A DNA stretch of 53,063 nucleotides from Candidatus Moraniibacteriota bacterium (GTDB taxonomy: Bacteria; Patescibacteriota; Minisyncoccia; Moranbacterales; DUUL01). The position numbers and the translations under genes were made by a program. Position 1 is the stretch's first letter. Each line of letters starts with the position of its first letter. The notes under the pieces were generated by a model. It was not told where the DNA came from and searched no databases. It worked only from the letters and a program-made list of their open reading frames with translations. Positions 27,959 through 37,400 of this stretch are shown one piece after another. The stretch covers positions 1-53,063 of the forward strand of contig JALVDV010000011.1 in the NCBI GenBank assembly GCA_027008775.1. Reading direction: 5' to 3'.

Positions 27959-28201
27959 AGGGCCCAAACAAAAATAAGAATGAAATTTCAAAATGCAATT
28001 CGCCGGCAAATTGTTTCCTGATTATTTTCAGTGAAGAGAAAAATTTAAGTTAAGGAGTTTTCAGACGGGGAGGATCACAGAGCTTTTAAAAACAAAGCAC
28101 TCAATCGCAACAGATAAAAAACCTGAAGTAGAATTCAAAAACAAAAAAAATCAGACTAAAACCAAAACCAAGTCAAACCAAAGGTGAAAAAATTATTACT
28201 C

Positions 28202-29548
28202 TCATTGCTTGCCCCCAGTTTTGTTAGTTGCTCTCATCGTCTTTTCGTAATACAAATCAACATCCCTGATCCATTTTCTGGCGGCCGCCCAACCACCGGT
28301 GGCGTTGCAATCGGAACCGCATTTCCACAAAACCATTTCTTGAGGAGTATCAATTCCTGATTTAATCAGCCTTTCAATTCTGCCTCCCACTGTTTCAACC
28401 GCATCTTGTGGACTGTCAAAACAGGTGTGTCCGCCGGTACCCATGCGGGCGCGTTGACCGCGGTAACCCCAATAATTGTAGCAGTCCTGCCCATTCAAAA
28501 CTGGCACCCTTCGTCCCCAGTTACTTTCTTTCTTGGCAATAGCCACTAAAAAAGCGGCCACCACTTTGTCTTTTTTGGCAATGTAAGGCACCATTTTTTC
28601 CATTGGGGTTCCCGCTAAAATCTTTTTTAAGGCGGTTCCCAGTTTCTCTTCTTTGTAGCGATTAAACTTTTCCAGGACCTCCATTACCAACTTATCTATC
28701 GGTTCTTCGTTGTTGTCGTCAGTCTTTTTTAAATTTCTAACATCCATACTACCCAAAACAGAGACGGTTTTTTGGCTAATCAATTCTTTTTGTTTCTTTT
28801 CCAAAGCGCTTTTTATTTTACGGTTGGAAACATTCATAGAGTAAACCACTGTGGAAAAACTAACCATTAGCAAGAGAGTTGCAAAAACATAAAAAGCCTT
28901 GCTTTTTAGAAAAAGATTTGCAAACGAAAAGGGCGAAATATTTCTTTCTTCCTTTTGTTCGAAATAAGAAAAATTTTGTCCAAACTGGTCGGCGCGACTT
29001 TTGTTATTGAAAAATGAAACTGGTAAACCTGTTGTCGCCAATTCTGCTTGTTCGGTTTTAGTGGTTAAAGACAAGGTCTTGGTTTTTAGAGAATCGGTGT
29101 TCTCCTGGGAATCACTCGCCAACCGACCGGCCATTTTATTTTTCCGCTGAATGCTATTTTGCCAAGATTGAGCTAATTTAGCGATTTCACTTTCCTTTTG
29201 CAAGGACAATTTACTCGTTTCTTTAACAATAGTTTCAAAATAGGTTTCCGGAGCGATCATATCAATTAAACCCACTCGGGCGCGTTTTAATCTCACTAAA
29301 CAACCTTTTTTAATATCCACCTTCTTATTCTTGTCAATAAAATTTCTCTTAATGCCATCAATAAAAAAATCTCTCTTTTTCTTAGCTACAAAAAGAGTTT
29401 CTCCTTGCAAAGAATTTTTTATTTCCTTAATCTTTGCCAGTGCCTGCTTTTTATCAGTGAAGATGAAGCGAAAATCCGGCTTGTTATTGGCATCCACCAA
29501 ACAGTAGTAGTACTTTTTTATTTTCATATTTTTATTATCGGAATTCAA
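28202..29548 (-). CDS. hypothetical bitopic membrane protein; the C-terminal domain may be a lysozyme/glucosaminidase-like cell-wall hydrolase
   Basis: 448-aa ORF with a central TM (AFYVFATLLLMVSFSTVVYSM). The C-terminal AIAKKESNWG...YNYWGYRG resembles the xxESxWG catalytic motif of the glucosaminidase/FlgJ-type domain. The resemblance is weak and was judged by eye. Confidence 0.55.
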   Translation of the reverse strand: MNSDNKNMKIKKYYYCLVDANNKPDFRFIFTDKKQALAKIKEIKNSLQGETLFVAKKKRDFFIDGIKRNFIDKNKKVDIKKGCLVRLKRARVGLIDMIAPETYFETIVKETSKLSLQKESEIAKLAQSWQNSIQRKNKMAGRLASDSQENTDSLKTKTLSLTTKTEQAELATTGLPVSFFNNKSRADQFGQNFSYFEQKEERNISPFSFANLFLKSKAFYVFATLLLMVSFSTVVYSMNVSNRKIKSALEKKQKELISQKTVSVLGSMDVRNLKKTDDNNEEPIDKLVMEVLEKFNRYKEEKLGTALKKILAGTPMEKMVPYIAKKDKVVAAFLVAIAKKESNWGRRVPVLNGQDCYNYWGYRGQRARMGTGGHTCFDSPQDAVETVGGRIERLIKSGIDTPQEMVLWKCGSDCNATGGWAAARKWIRDVDLYYEKTMRATNKTGGKQ

Positions 29549-29669
29549 TTTGTTTTTTACAGTCCAAAAACTGGGAATGTCCGGCCCTTTCCTATCCTAG
29601 TTCTTCTTGCCAAATTGTACTACAATTCAACAAAAAACTCAATCTAGAGACAAAAGAAAAAATCTACTA

Positions 29670-29697
29670 TTGACTTTAATTTCAAATAGACTATAGT
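29670..29697 (+). promoter_or_regulatory. candidate promoter of the cold-shock gene, giving a ~240-nt 5' UTR
   Basis: TTGACT (29670-29675), 16-nt spacer, TATAGT (29692-29697). Confidence 0.5.
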
Positions 29698-29942
29698 TAA
29701 CCGGGTCAAGCTCAAGAAATTAAAACTGATTAAAGTTGCCGGAAAACACGTCGAACTTTATCCGGTTCAGTCTTAGAATTGTTACCAGAGATAACAATTT
29801 GAATCTAGCTGACAATTTAACAAGGGGGCTGTTTCCAAACCGCGTTTTTTTGAAAAAATCCACTTCATTAGGCATCAATTATTCGTCGGAAGAACTACCA
29901 GAAGCGAGGTTCGGAAACAGTCCCATAAAATTTAAAGAAAAA

Positions 29943-30146
29943 ATGACTAAAGGAACTATTTCCAAGTTGATTTCCGATCGTGGTTTTGGTTTTATCAAAC
30001 CGGAAGGAGAAGATAAGGACATATTCTTCCACGCCAGCGAATTGGACGGAATTGACTTTGAAAGTCTTAAAGAAGGAGACCAGGTTGTTTTTGAAGTAGC
30101 TGAAGGCCCCAAAGGAGCCAATGCTGTTAATGTGTCCAAAAGCTAA
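29943..30146 (+). CDS. cold-shock protein (CspA family)
   Basis: 67 aa starting MTKGTISKLISDRGFGFIKPEGEDKDIFFHAS (RNP1/RNP2 motifs). The upstream TTG-extended ORF (29736) was rejected. Confidence 0.9.
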   Translation: MTKGTISKLISDRGFGFIKPEGEDKDIFFHASELDGIDFESLKEGDQVVFEVAEGPKGANAVNVSKS

Positions 30147-30165
30147 AACTTGCTATCCTATAAAA

Positions 30166-30196
30166 AACAACCCTCTTCGGAGTGGTTGTTTTTTAT
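30166..30196 (+). terminator. intrinsic terminator after csp
   Basis: aacaaccctc-ttcg-gagtggttgtt (one bulge) followed by tttttat. Confidence 0.65.
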
Positions 30197-30287
30197 AAAA
30201 ATTATTCAACTTGTTTAGACTTGCCAGATTATGTTAATATACCAACATACAGGACTCATCTAGGGTTTTTTCTAATACTCAAAAAAT

Positions 30288-30316
30288 TTGACGGACAAAG
30301 GCTTTGGGAATACAAC
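30288..30316 (+). promoter_or_regulatory. candidate prfB promoter
   Basis: TTGACG (30288-30293), 17-nt spacer, TACAAC (30311-30316). Confidence 0.4.
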
Positions 30317-30366
30317 TCTGAATGAGTTAAATAGTTGTAAAATTTATTTGAGGATAATTAAAATTT

Positions 30367-31459
30367 ATGGAAATCAAAAAGGAACTCAAAGAAATAAAAG
30401 ATAAAATCTCGCGTTTGCGAGACCATCTTTGACCGGGAAGACTGGGCGGGAAAAATAGAAAAAATCAAGAATGAATTAAATAATCAGAGTATTTGGAGCG
30501 ACCACCGGAAAGTTTCCGAGCTATCCCAAAAACTCAACGGTCTGGAAGAAAAAAGTAAGCTTTGGCAAAAAATTAACGACTCTTTTCAGGCGTTGGCGAT
30601 TTTGAGTAATGATCTGGCAGACAGCTTGACCAAGGGTGGAGATAAGAAAATAAATCTGGACGAAACTTCTTTTTTTAGCGAACAAATAACCGAACTACGG
30701 AGTGATTTAAAAAAATTGGAGGAGTTTGTTAAATTTAGTGGACCATATGATTCCGGCGGGGCTGTTGTCAATATTGTTGCCGGAGCCGGTGGAACCGATG
30801 CTCAGGATTGGGTGGAAATGTTGCTAAAAATGTATTTGCGCTTTGCCGAAAAGCAAGGCTGGCAAGCCAAAATTTTGGAAAAAAGCGAGGGAGCGGAGGC
30901 TGGCCTAAAAAGTGTGACCGTAGAGATGACAGGTTCTTTGGTCTATGGTAAAATGAAACAGGAAAGCGGAGTGCATCGTTTGGTCCGGCTTTCACCTTTT
31001 AACAGTGGGCATTCCCGGGAGACCTCTTTTGCTTTGGTGGAAGTTCTGCCCTTGTTGAACAAAAAAGTGGAGATAGAAATAAATCCCAAGGATTTGCGAG
31101 TGGACACTTTTCGTTCTTCCGGCGCCGGCGGACAAAGTGTCAACACTACCGACAGCGCTGTCAGAATTACTCATCTGCCCACCGGCCTGGTGGCCACTTG
31201 TCAGAATGAGCGCTCCCAATTGCAAAATAAGGAAAAAGCCCTGGCTATCCTTAAAGCCCGACTAGTAAAAAAAATGGCAGAAGAGCGCGTTAAAAAAATC
31301 AATGAATTAAAGGGTGAAAGAAAGAAGGCCGAGTGGGGAAACCAAAAAAGATCCTATGTTCTGCATCCCTACAAGTTAGTTAAAGATCATCAAAGCAAGC
31401 GAGAAAGTGCAGCTGTAGAAAAGATATTGGCCGGAGATCTGCAATTGATTCAAAATTAA
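30367..31459 (+). CDS. prfB: peptide chain release factor 2, requires a programmed +1 frameshift: join(30367..30429,30431..31459)
   Basis: The ATG at 30367 opens 21 codons ending ...CAT CTT TGA C (CTT 30427-30429, TGA 30430-32), the canonical CUU UGA C shift site. The +1 frame is open from 30431 and contains the SPF and GGQ motifs. The total is about 363 aa. Confidence 0.9.
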
Positions 31460-31506
31460 AAGGGTTTCTTCCAATAGCTTCGCCAAGTAAAAATTCAAAA
31501 ATAAAA

Positions 31507-32190
31507 ATGATTAAATATCACAAAGTTTCCAAAGTTTATTCCCGTCAGGATAAGGCCGTGCTGAAAGATATAAATTTAGAAATACAAGAAAGGGAATTTG
31601 TTACTTTAGTCGGTTATTCCGGAGCGGGAAAATCAACTTTGTTAAAAATGATTTACGCCGAAGAGAGGCCGACTTCCGGCGATGTTTATTTTTATAAAAC
31701 AAAAATCAACAAGTTAAGTCGTCGCAAACTCCCTAAGCATCGCCAACAAATCGGCACGGTTTTTCAAGATTACAAATTGCTCCCGCAAAAAAATGTTTGG
31801 CAAAATGTTGCTTTTGCCATGGAGGTTGCCGGAAAGTCGGAGGAAGAAATAGCGGAGGACGTTCCGCAAATAATAGATATCGTCGGATTAAAAAACAAGA
31901 GCCACAAATATCCGGAAGAGCTTTCCGGGGGAGAGCAACAAAAGGTGGCTTTGGCCAGGGCACTGGTTAATCGTCCCAAAATCTTGGTAGCCGATGAGCC
32001 GACCGGAAACCTTGATCCGATTTCCACTTGGGAGATTATGCAGTTACTGTTGAAAATAAACGAATATGGCACGACCGTTGTTTTGGCCACCCACGACAAA
32101 GATGTAGTCAACCGCATTGCTCGGCGGGTAATTTCTATGGACAAAGGCAAGATAATCAAAGACGACGCCCATGGGCGTTACTGTATTTAA
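31507..32190 (+). CDS. ftsE: cell-division ABC ATPase FtsE
   Basis: Walker A GYSGAGKST, signature LSGGEQQ and Walker B ILVADEP; followed by ftsX. Confidence 0.9.
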   Translation: MIKYHKVSKVYSRQDKAVLKDINLEIQEREFVTLVGYSGAGKSTLLKMIYAEERPTSGDVYFYKTKINKLSRRKLPKHRQQIGTVFQDYKLLPQKNVWQNVAFAMEVAGKSEEEIAEDVPQIIDIVGLKNKSHKYPEELSGGEQQKVALARALVNRPKILVADEPTGNLDPISTWEIMQLLLKINEYGTTVVLATHDKDVVNRIARRVISMDKGKIIKDDAHGRYCI

Positions 32191-32223
32191 ATTTAAACAT
32201 AATTTAATCTAACAATTCACGCA

Positions 32224-33159
32224 ATGTGGTTACAAATAAAAAGAACAATTAAATTCGCCATCAATAATATAGCCCACAATTATTGGTTAGCCATTGCCAC
32301 CATCGGTTCCATTGCTATCGCTCTTTTTATTATCAATGTGCAAATAGCCAATCTGATGGCCAACAATTTGTTATTGGAAGATATTCAAAACAAGGTTAAT
32401 ATTTCCGTTTATCTTAAACCGGAAGTCAATGACGAAGCGGGGCGGGAAATCGCCCGTAAAATTGAGTCGTATCCGGAAGTGGAAAAAGTAAACTATGTTT
32501 CCAAAGAAGAGGCTTTTGAAAAATTCAAAAAAGATACCGCCAACAATCAAGTTCTGCAAGAGGCTCTTGATGAAGTGGGAGACAACCCTCTGGGAATCAC
32601 TCTTAATGTCAAAGCGCGCAATTCTGAAGATTATCCCAAGATTAATGAAAAAATAAAACAAGATACTTTTCAAGACAAAATTGAAAGTATAAATTACGAA
32701 GAATATAAAGGAATAATCAGTAACCTTAATGAAGAAATCAGGTCCAGCCAAAAAATAACCATAATTCTGGCGGTCATACTTTCTTTGATTGCTGTCCTGA
32801 TTACTTTTAGCACCATTACTATCACCATCTACACTCATCGCAAAGAGATTGAAATAATGAAATTGGTTGGCGGTTCCAATTTTTTTGTCAGCGCGCCTTT
32901 TGTCTGGGAAGGAATAATCTACGGAGTTATTGCAGCCGTTATTTCCACCGCCGCCAGCTATGGCTATTTACAATACATCATTAAAAACAGTTCCGACGGT
33001 AGTCTGCTTTCTTTATCAAGCGCTCGTTTCATCAAACAGTTTCTGGAAACTTACTTAATTCGCAACTGGGCGATTATTATTCTCAGTCAACTCTTAGCCG
33101 GAATTTTTTTGGGTGTCACCAGTTCCCTTATCTCCATCAGAAAATATCTCAAGATTTAG
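32224..33159 (+). CDS. ftsX: cell-division permease-like protein FtsX
   Basis: 311 aa with TM1, a large extracellular loop, three C-terminal TMs, and MKLVGGSNFFVSAPFVWEG. Confidence 0.85.
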   Translation: MWLQIKRTIKFAINNIAHNYWLAIATIGSIAIALFIINVQIANLMANNLLLEDIQNKVNISVYLKPEVNDEAGREIARKIESYPEVEKVNYVSKEEAFEKFKKDTANNQVLQEALDEVGDNPLGITLNVKARNSEDYPKINEKIKQDTFQDKIESINYEEYKGIISNLNEEIRSSQKITIILAVILSLIAVLITFSTITITIYTHRKEIEIMKLVGGSNFFVSAPFVWEGIIYGVIAAVISTAASYGYLQYIIKNSSDGSLLSLSSARFIKQFLETYLIRNWAIIILSQLLAGIFLGVTSSLISIRKYLKI

Positions 33160-33249
33160 ATTGGAAGTTTTTTCTCGGAAAAGGGTGGCCCTCAAACATT
33201 CAATTATAAAATAAATTTTTCTCCTTTAAATTTTTCTTCTGCCGGACAA

Positions 33250-34338
33250 ATGCCGGACAAAAAACAAATGAAAAAAAAATCAAATCATATTTTTAAGAAA
33301 ATTTTTGCCCGAGACGCCTCTCCCAAAATTATTTTTGGACTAATTGCCATCTTGCTTTTATCTTTGCTAATATTTCTGGGAGCATACCCTTACATCAGCC
33401 CCCGCATCAATCAATCATTGAAACAAATTTATCAATTCGCGCCCCTGCCGGTTGCTAAAATTAAAACAACAACAATTAACAGTCGGCAACTCTACCAAAA
33501 TTTAACGGCGGTCAAACACTTTTATCTTTCTTTCAACGGAGAAAAAAAAGGCACTCGTATAGATTTCTCCACACCGGAGGGAAAAGTAAGACTGGCAATT
33601 AAAGAGAAAGAGATTTTAAACAAAATGATAGAAGACGTTATTATCCGGGCTTTAGCGGAGGAGCGAGGAATTAAAGTTTCTCCAGTAGAGGTGGATAGAG
33701 CGATTGAGGAATCTTTGCAAAAGGCCGGTAGCGATTACCAAAGATTAGCCTTAAGCCTGCGACAGCGTTACAACTGGACCGTCGCCGACTTTAAAAACAA
33801 AGTGGTTAAAAACCAACTCTATCGCAAAAAACTTTTTCAATGGTATTCGCAAAAGGTAAAAAAAACAGCCAGTTACGAGTCAGTTCAAGCAGTCAGGGAA
33901 AAAATTAAAAAGGAACCTGACAAATTTACTCAAATCGCCAAAGAACATCAGTCGGAATTAAACAGCCATAATCCGGAAAAAATAGGTTGGATAAATGAAC
34001 AATCTGTCATTCCGGAGGTTGGAAAAGTTTTGGTTAAACTTCAGCCAAACGAAATTTCTCCCGTTATTGTTTCTCCTCTCGGTTTGCATATTGTCCAGTT
34101 ACTGGACAAGAGGGAAGATGAAAAAGGAGAACGAGAATTTCTTTTTCAACACCTTTTCATTCCCACGCCCGGCTTTGTTCAATGGCTGCAAGCGCAAAAA
34201 AGACATTTCCCGGTTAAAATTCTTTTTCGGGAATATCAATGGGATAAGAGTAAAGGAGAGGCAATCTTCCGTTCAGAAAAAATGAGAGAATTGGAAAAAA
34301 TTATCAGACTGAAATCAGAGGGAGACCCCAGTTTGTAA
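33250..34338 (+). CDS. membrane-anchored parvulin-type peptidyl-prolyl isomerase (SurA/PrsA-like)
   Basis: N-terminal TM, a SurA_N-like chaperone region, and a rotamase-like segment GWINEQSVIPEVGKVLVKLQPNEISPVIVSPLGLHIVQL. Confidence 0.75.
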   Translation: MPDKKQMKKKSNHIFKKIFARDASPKIIFGLIAILLLSLLIFLGAYPYISPRINQSLKQIYQFAPLPVAKIKTTTINSRQLYQNLTAVKHFYLSFNGEKKGTRIDFSTPEGKVRLAIKEKEILNKMIEDVIIRALAEERGIKVSPVEVDRAIEESLQKAGSDYQRLALSLRQRYNWTVADFKNKVVKNQLYRKKLFQWYSQKVKKTASYESVQAVREKIKKEPDKFTQIAKEHQSELNSHNPEKIGWINEQSVIPEVGKVLVKLQPNEISPVIVSPLGLHIVQLLDKREDEKGEREFLFQHLFIPTPGFVQWLQAQKRHFPVKILFREYQWDKSKGEAIFRSEKMRELEKIIRLKSEGDPSL

Positions 34339-34406
34339 TTTGTTTTCAAGTTTCCACAAAAAGTCAAAACAAAAGCAAAAATTAAAATAAACTCAAAACA
34401 AAAACA

Positions 34407-37400
34407 ATGTCGGAACAAGAAGAGAATGGACAAGAAAAAACAAGGCAATCAGAAAAACAAAGTCACTCGGGCAATGAAGAAAAAGCTTCCTATCAAAGCC
34501 GTTATGGTGACTTGTCCGCCACTTTAAGAAAATTACGTAAAATAAAAAGAGCGTCGGAAGAGGAGGAGGCCGCTTACTATGCCAAGGAACTCAATCTGCC
34601 TTACTTGGATCTAAATATTTTTCCCATTTCTCCAAATGACATAGACATTATACCCGAGGAAGAAGCTCGTCGGGCCCACGTAGTGGTAATTCGTCGCCTG
34701 GATAGGGAATTGATGCTGGGAGCCCTTGATCCCACCAAAAAAGAAGTACAAAAAATCATTAGGAGGTTATCAGAAAAGGAAGGTTTTCAGGTTAGAGTTT
34801 TTGTTGTCTCTCAAAGCTCCTTGGAGGAAGCTTGGGAGAATTACAAAAAGAAAAACCTGGTAGATGTTTTTGATTATTTAAGACTGCAATTGAAAGGGGA
34901 AGATCTGGAAAAGTTTGAAAATGACATCAAAGATATTATGGATTTGGGGAAAAGAATAAGAGAAATTTCCACCACCAAGCTTCTTGATATCATTATTGCC
35001 GGAGCGATTAAGTTGGATGCCTCGGATATCCATTTGGAACCGGAAAAAGACGGGGTTACTGTTCGCTACAGAATAGACGGCGTTCTTCACAAAGTGACAA
35101 CCCTGCCATCAGATGTTTATCCTCATATCGTTTCCCGTATTAAAATACTGAGCAAGATGCTTCTTAATGTCCACGATGTTCCTCAAGATGGACGCTTTAG
35201 CATCAGTATCTCCGGAGAAGACAAATTGGATGTCAGAGCTTCTGTTCTGCCCGGCAACTACGGCGAAAATATAGTGCTACGTCTGCTCAACAGAGATATT
35301 TCCCAATTCAATCTGGAAAAATTGGGACTGACCGGCAAAAATTATGAGTGGCTACTAAAAGAAGTACAAAAAAAACAAGGAATGATTATCAATTCCGGTC
35401 CCACCGGTAGCGGAAAAACAACCACCCTTTACGCCTTAATCAACAAAATAAATTCCGAAGACAAAAAAATTATCAGTATTGAAGACCCTATAGAATACCA
35501 AGTGCCGGGAGTTAGACAGACACAGGTGGACAGGGAGAGAGGATATACCTTTGCCAGTGGCCTGCGTTCTATCGTGAGGCAGGATCCGGACGTTATTCTG
35601 GTTGGAGAAATCCGAGACGATGAAACTGCCGCCATAGCTATTGATGCAGCTCTTACCGGTCATCTGGTTCTTACCACCGTTCATGCCAATACTTCCGCCG
35701 GTGTTGTCAGTCGTCTCTTTGATTTGAGTATTAAACCGGATAGTATTGCCTCGGCCGTTAATGTAATTATAGCGCAAAGATTGGTTAGAACACTTTGTCC
35801 CTACTGCAAAGAAAAGTACAAACCGGCGCCGGAAACGGTTGACAATCTAAAAAAAATGCTTTCCCTAATTTCCCCCAAAGCGCAAATTGAGATACCGAGA
35901 GAAATAAAATATCTCTGGAAGGCTAAAGGTTGTTTAAAGTGTAAAGGTTTTGGTTATAAGGGTAGGGTGGGAATTTTTGAAGTAATGCCTATAGACAGAA
36001 AAATTAAGAAGTTGATAGAAGCAATGGCTTCAGCCGATGAAATAAGGCAAGCGGCTCTGGAGAACGGTTTAATAACTTATGAACAAGACGGAATTCTAAA
36101 GGCCATCGCCGGACAGACTTCTTTGGCTGAAGTGCAGCGAGTAGCCGGGCGGGGCGATTATCTTTTAAAACTTTACGAACAGATAGTTATTCAGACGCTT
36201 GCCAGAGGAATTGAAATCTCCGGAAAAATTATTAGAGCCGTAGAGAGAATTAAAGGAAATTATCAAGCGCTTAAACAACTTGTGCAAGAGGCTGATTCTC
36301 GAGATAAGATAAAATATATTCTAGCCACCGGTTTGGTTTTGCAAGCCGGCGATATCCACATTGAGCCCGGCGAGAACACCTTCAAAATCCGTTACCGAAT
36401 AGACGGAATTTTACATAATCTAGTGGAATTGCCCATGAGTGAATTTTTGACAGTCCTTAATGAAATTAAATCTCTCTTGGGAGTGGAGATAGAAAAAAGG
36501 GAAGGAGTTTTAGACGGTCGTTTCCGCATTGTGTTGTCAAAAAGAAACAAAGAATTTAAGCCGGAAAATATAGACGTAAGAGTTTCCATCATTCTGGGCG
36601 GTTTCGGAGATATTGTGGTTATGCGCTTACTTAACCAGAAAACACAAAATATTGATTTAGACAAATTGGGCCTGCGAAAATACAATGTTCAAAAGCTAAA
36701 ACGTAACATTTTTAAACCCGACGGGATAGTTTTAAATACCGGTCCCACCGGCAGTGGAAAAACCACCACTTTGTACAGCGCTCTAAAAGCCATTTACAAA
36801 CCGGAACTAAAAATCATAACCGTGGAAGACCCGATTGAATACCGCCTGGATGGCATTATTCAAACCCAGGTTAATGAAAAAGAAGGCTACACTTTTTCTA
36901 CAGCCTTGCGAAGCCTTCTGCGACAAAACCCTGATATTATTATGATTGGAGAAATTCGCGATGAGGAAACCGCCCAAATTGCTTACCAAGCCGCTTTGAC
37001 CGGGCACCTGGTTCTCAGTACATTACACACCAACAATGCCGCCGGTTCGGTCAGGCGACTGGTCAATATGGGGGTTAACTTGGATGATGTTGCTTCCGGT
37101 AGTAACTGTTTTATGGCCCAACGTTTAGTTAGAAAACTTTGTCCTTACTGTAAAAAAGAAACAAAACCCTCCCCAGCAGAAAGAGAGCTGATTGAAAAAA
37201 TCATTTCCTCCATTTCTCCGCTTACCAAGATAAAAATCCCAAAGCTGGAAAAAATATATCAACCGGTTGGTTGTCCTCACTGCAATCATTTGGGCTATCA
37301 AGGGCAGTTGCCAATTTCCGAAGTCTTGGAAGTTGATGAGGAAATGGAAAAATTCATCACCACCGATCCTACCACTTCGGAGTTATATGAAAAAGCGATT

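Noticed and set aside
30430-30432. The in-frame TGA in prfB as evidence of UGA recoding (code 4 or 25), or of a pseudogene.
   Set aside because: The context is the exact CUU UGA C autoregulatory shift site. The presence of RF2 itself, together with several well-defined genes ending in TGA (for example brnA at 1882-1884 and the SBP at 23817-23819), argues for the standard code.
33231-33262. Tandem duplication gccggacaaa-t-gccggacaaa at the PPIase start.
   Set aside because: It is an 11-nt duplication straddling the ATG, too short to interpret and probably slippage. It has no effect on the reading frame call.
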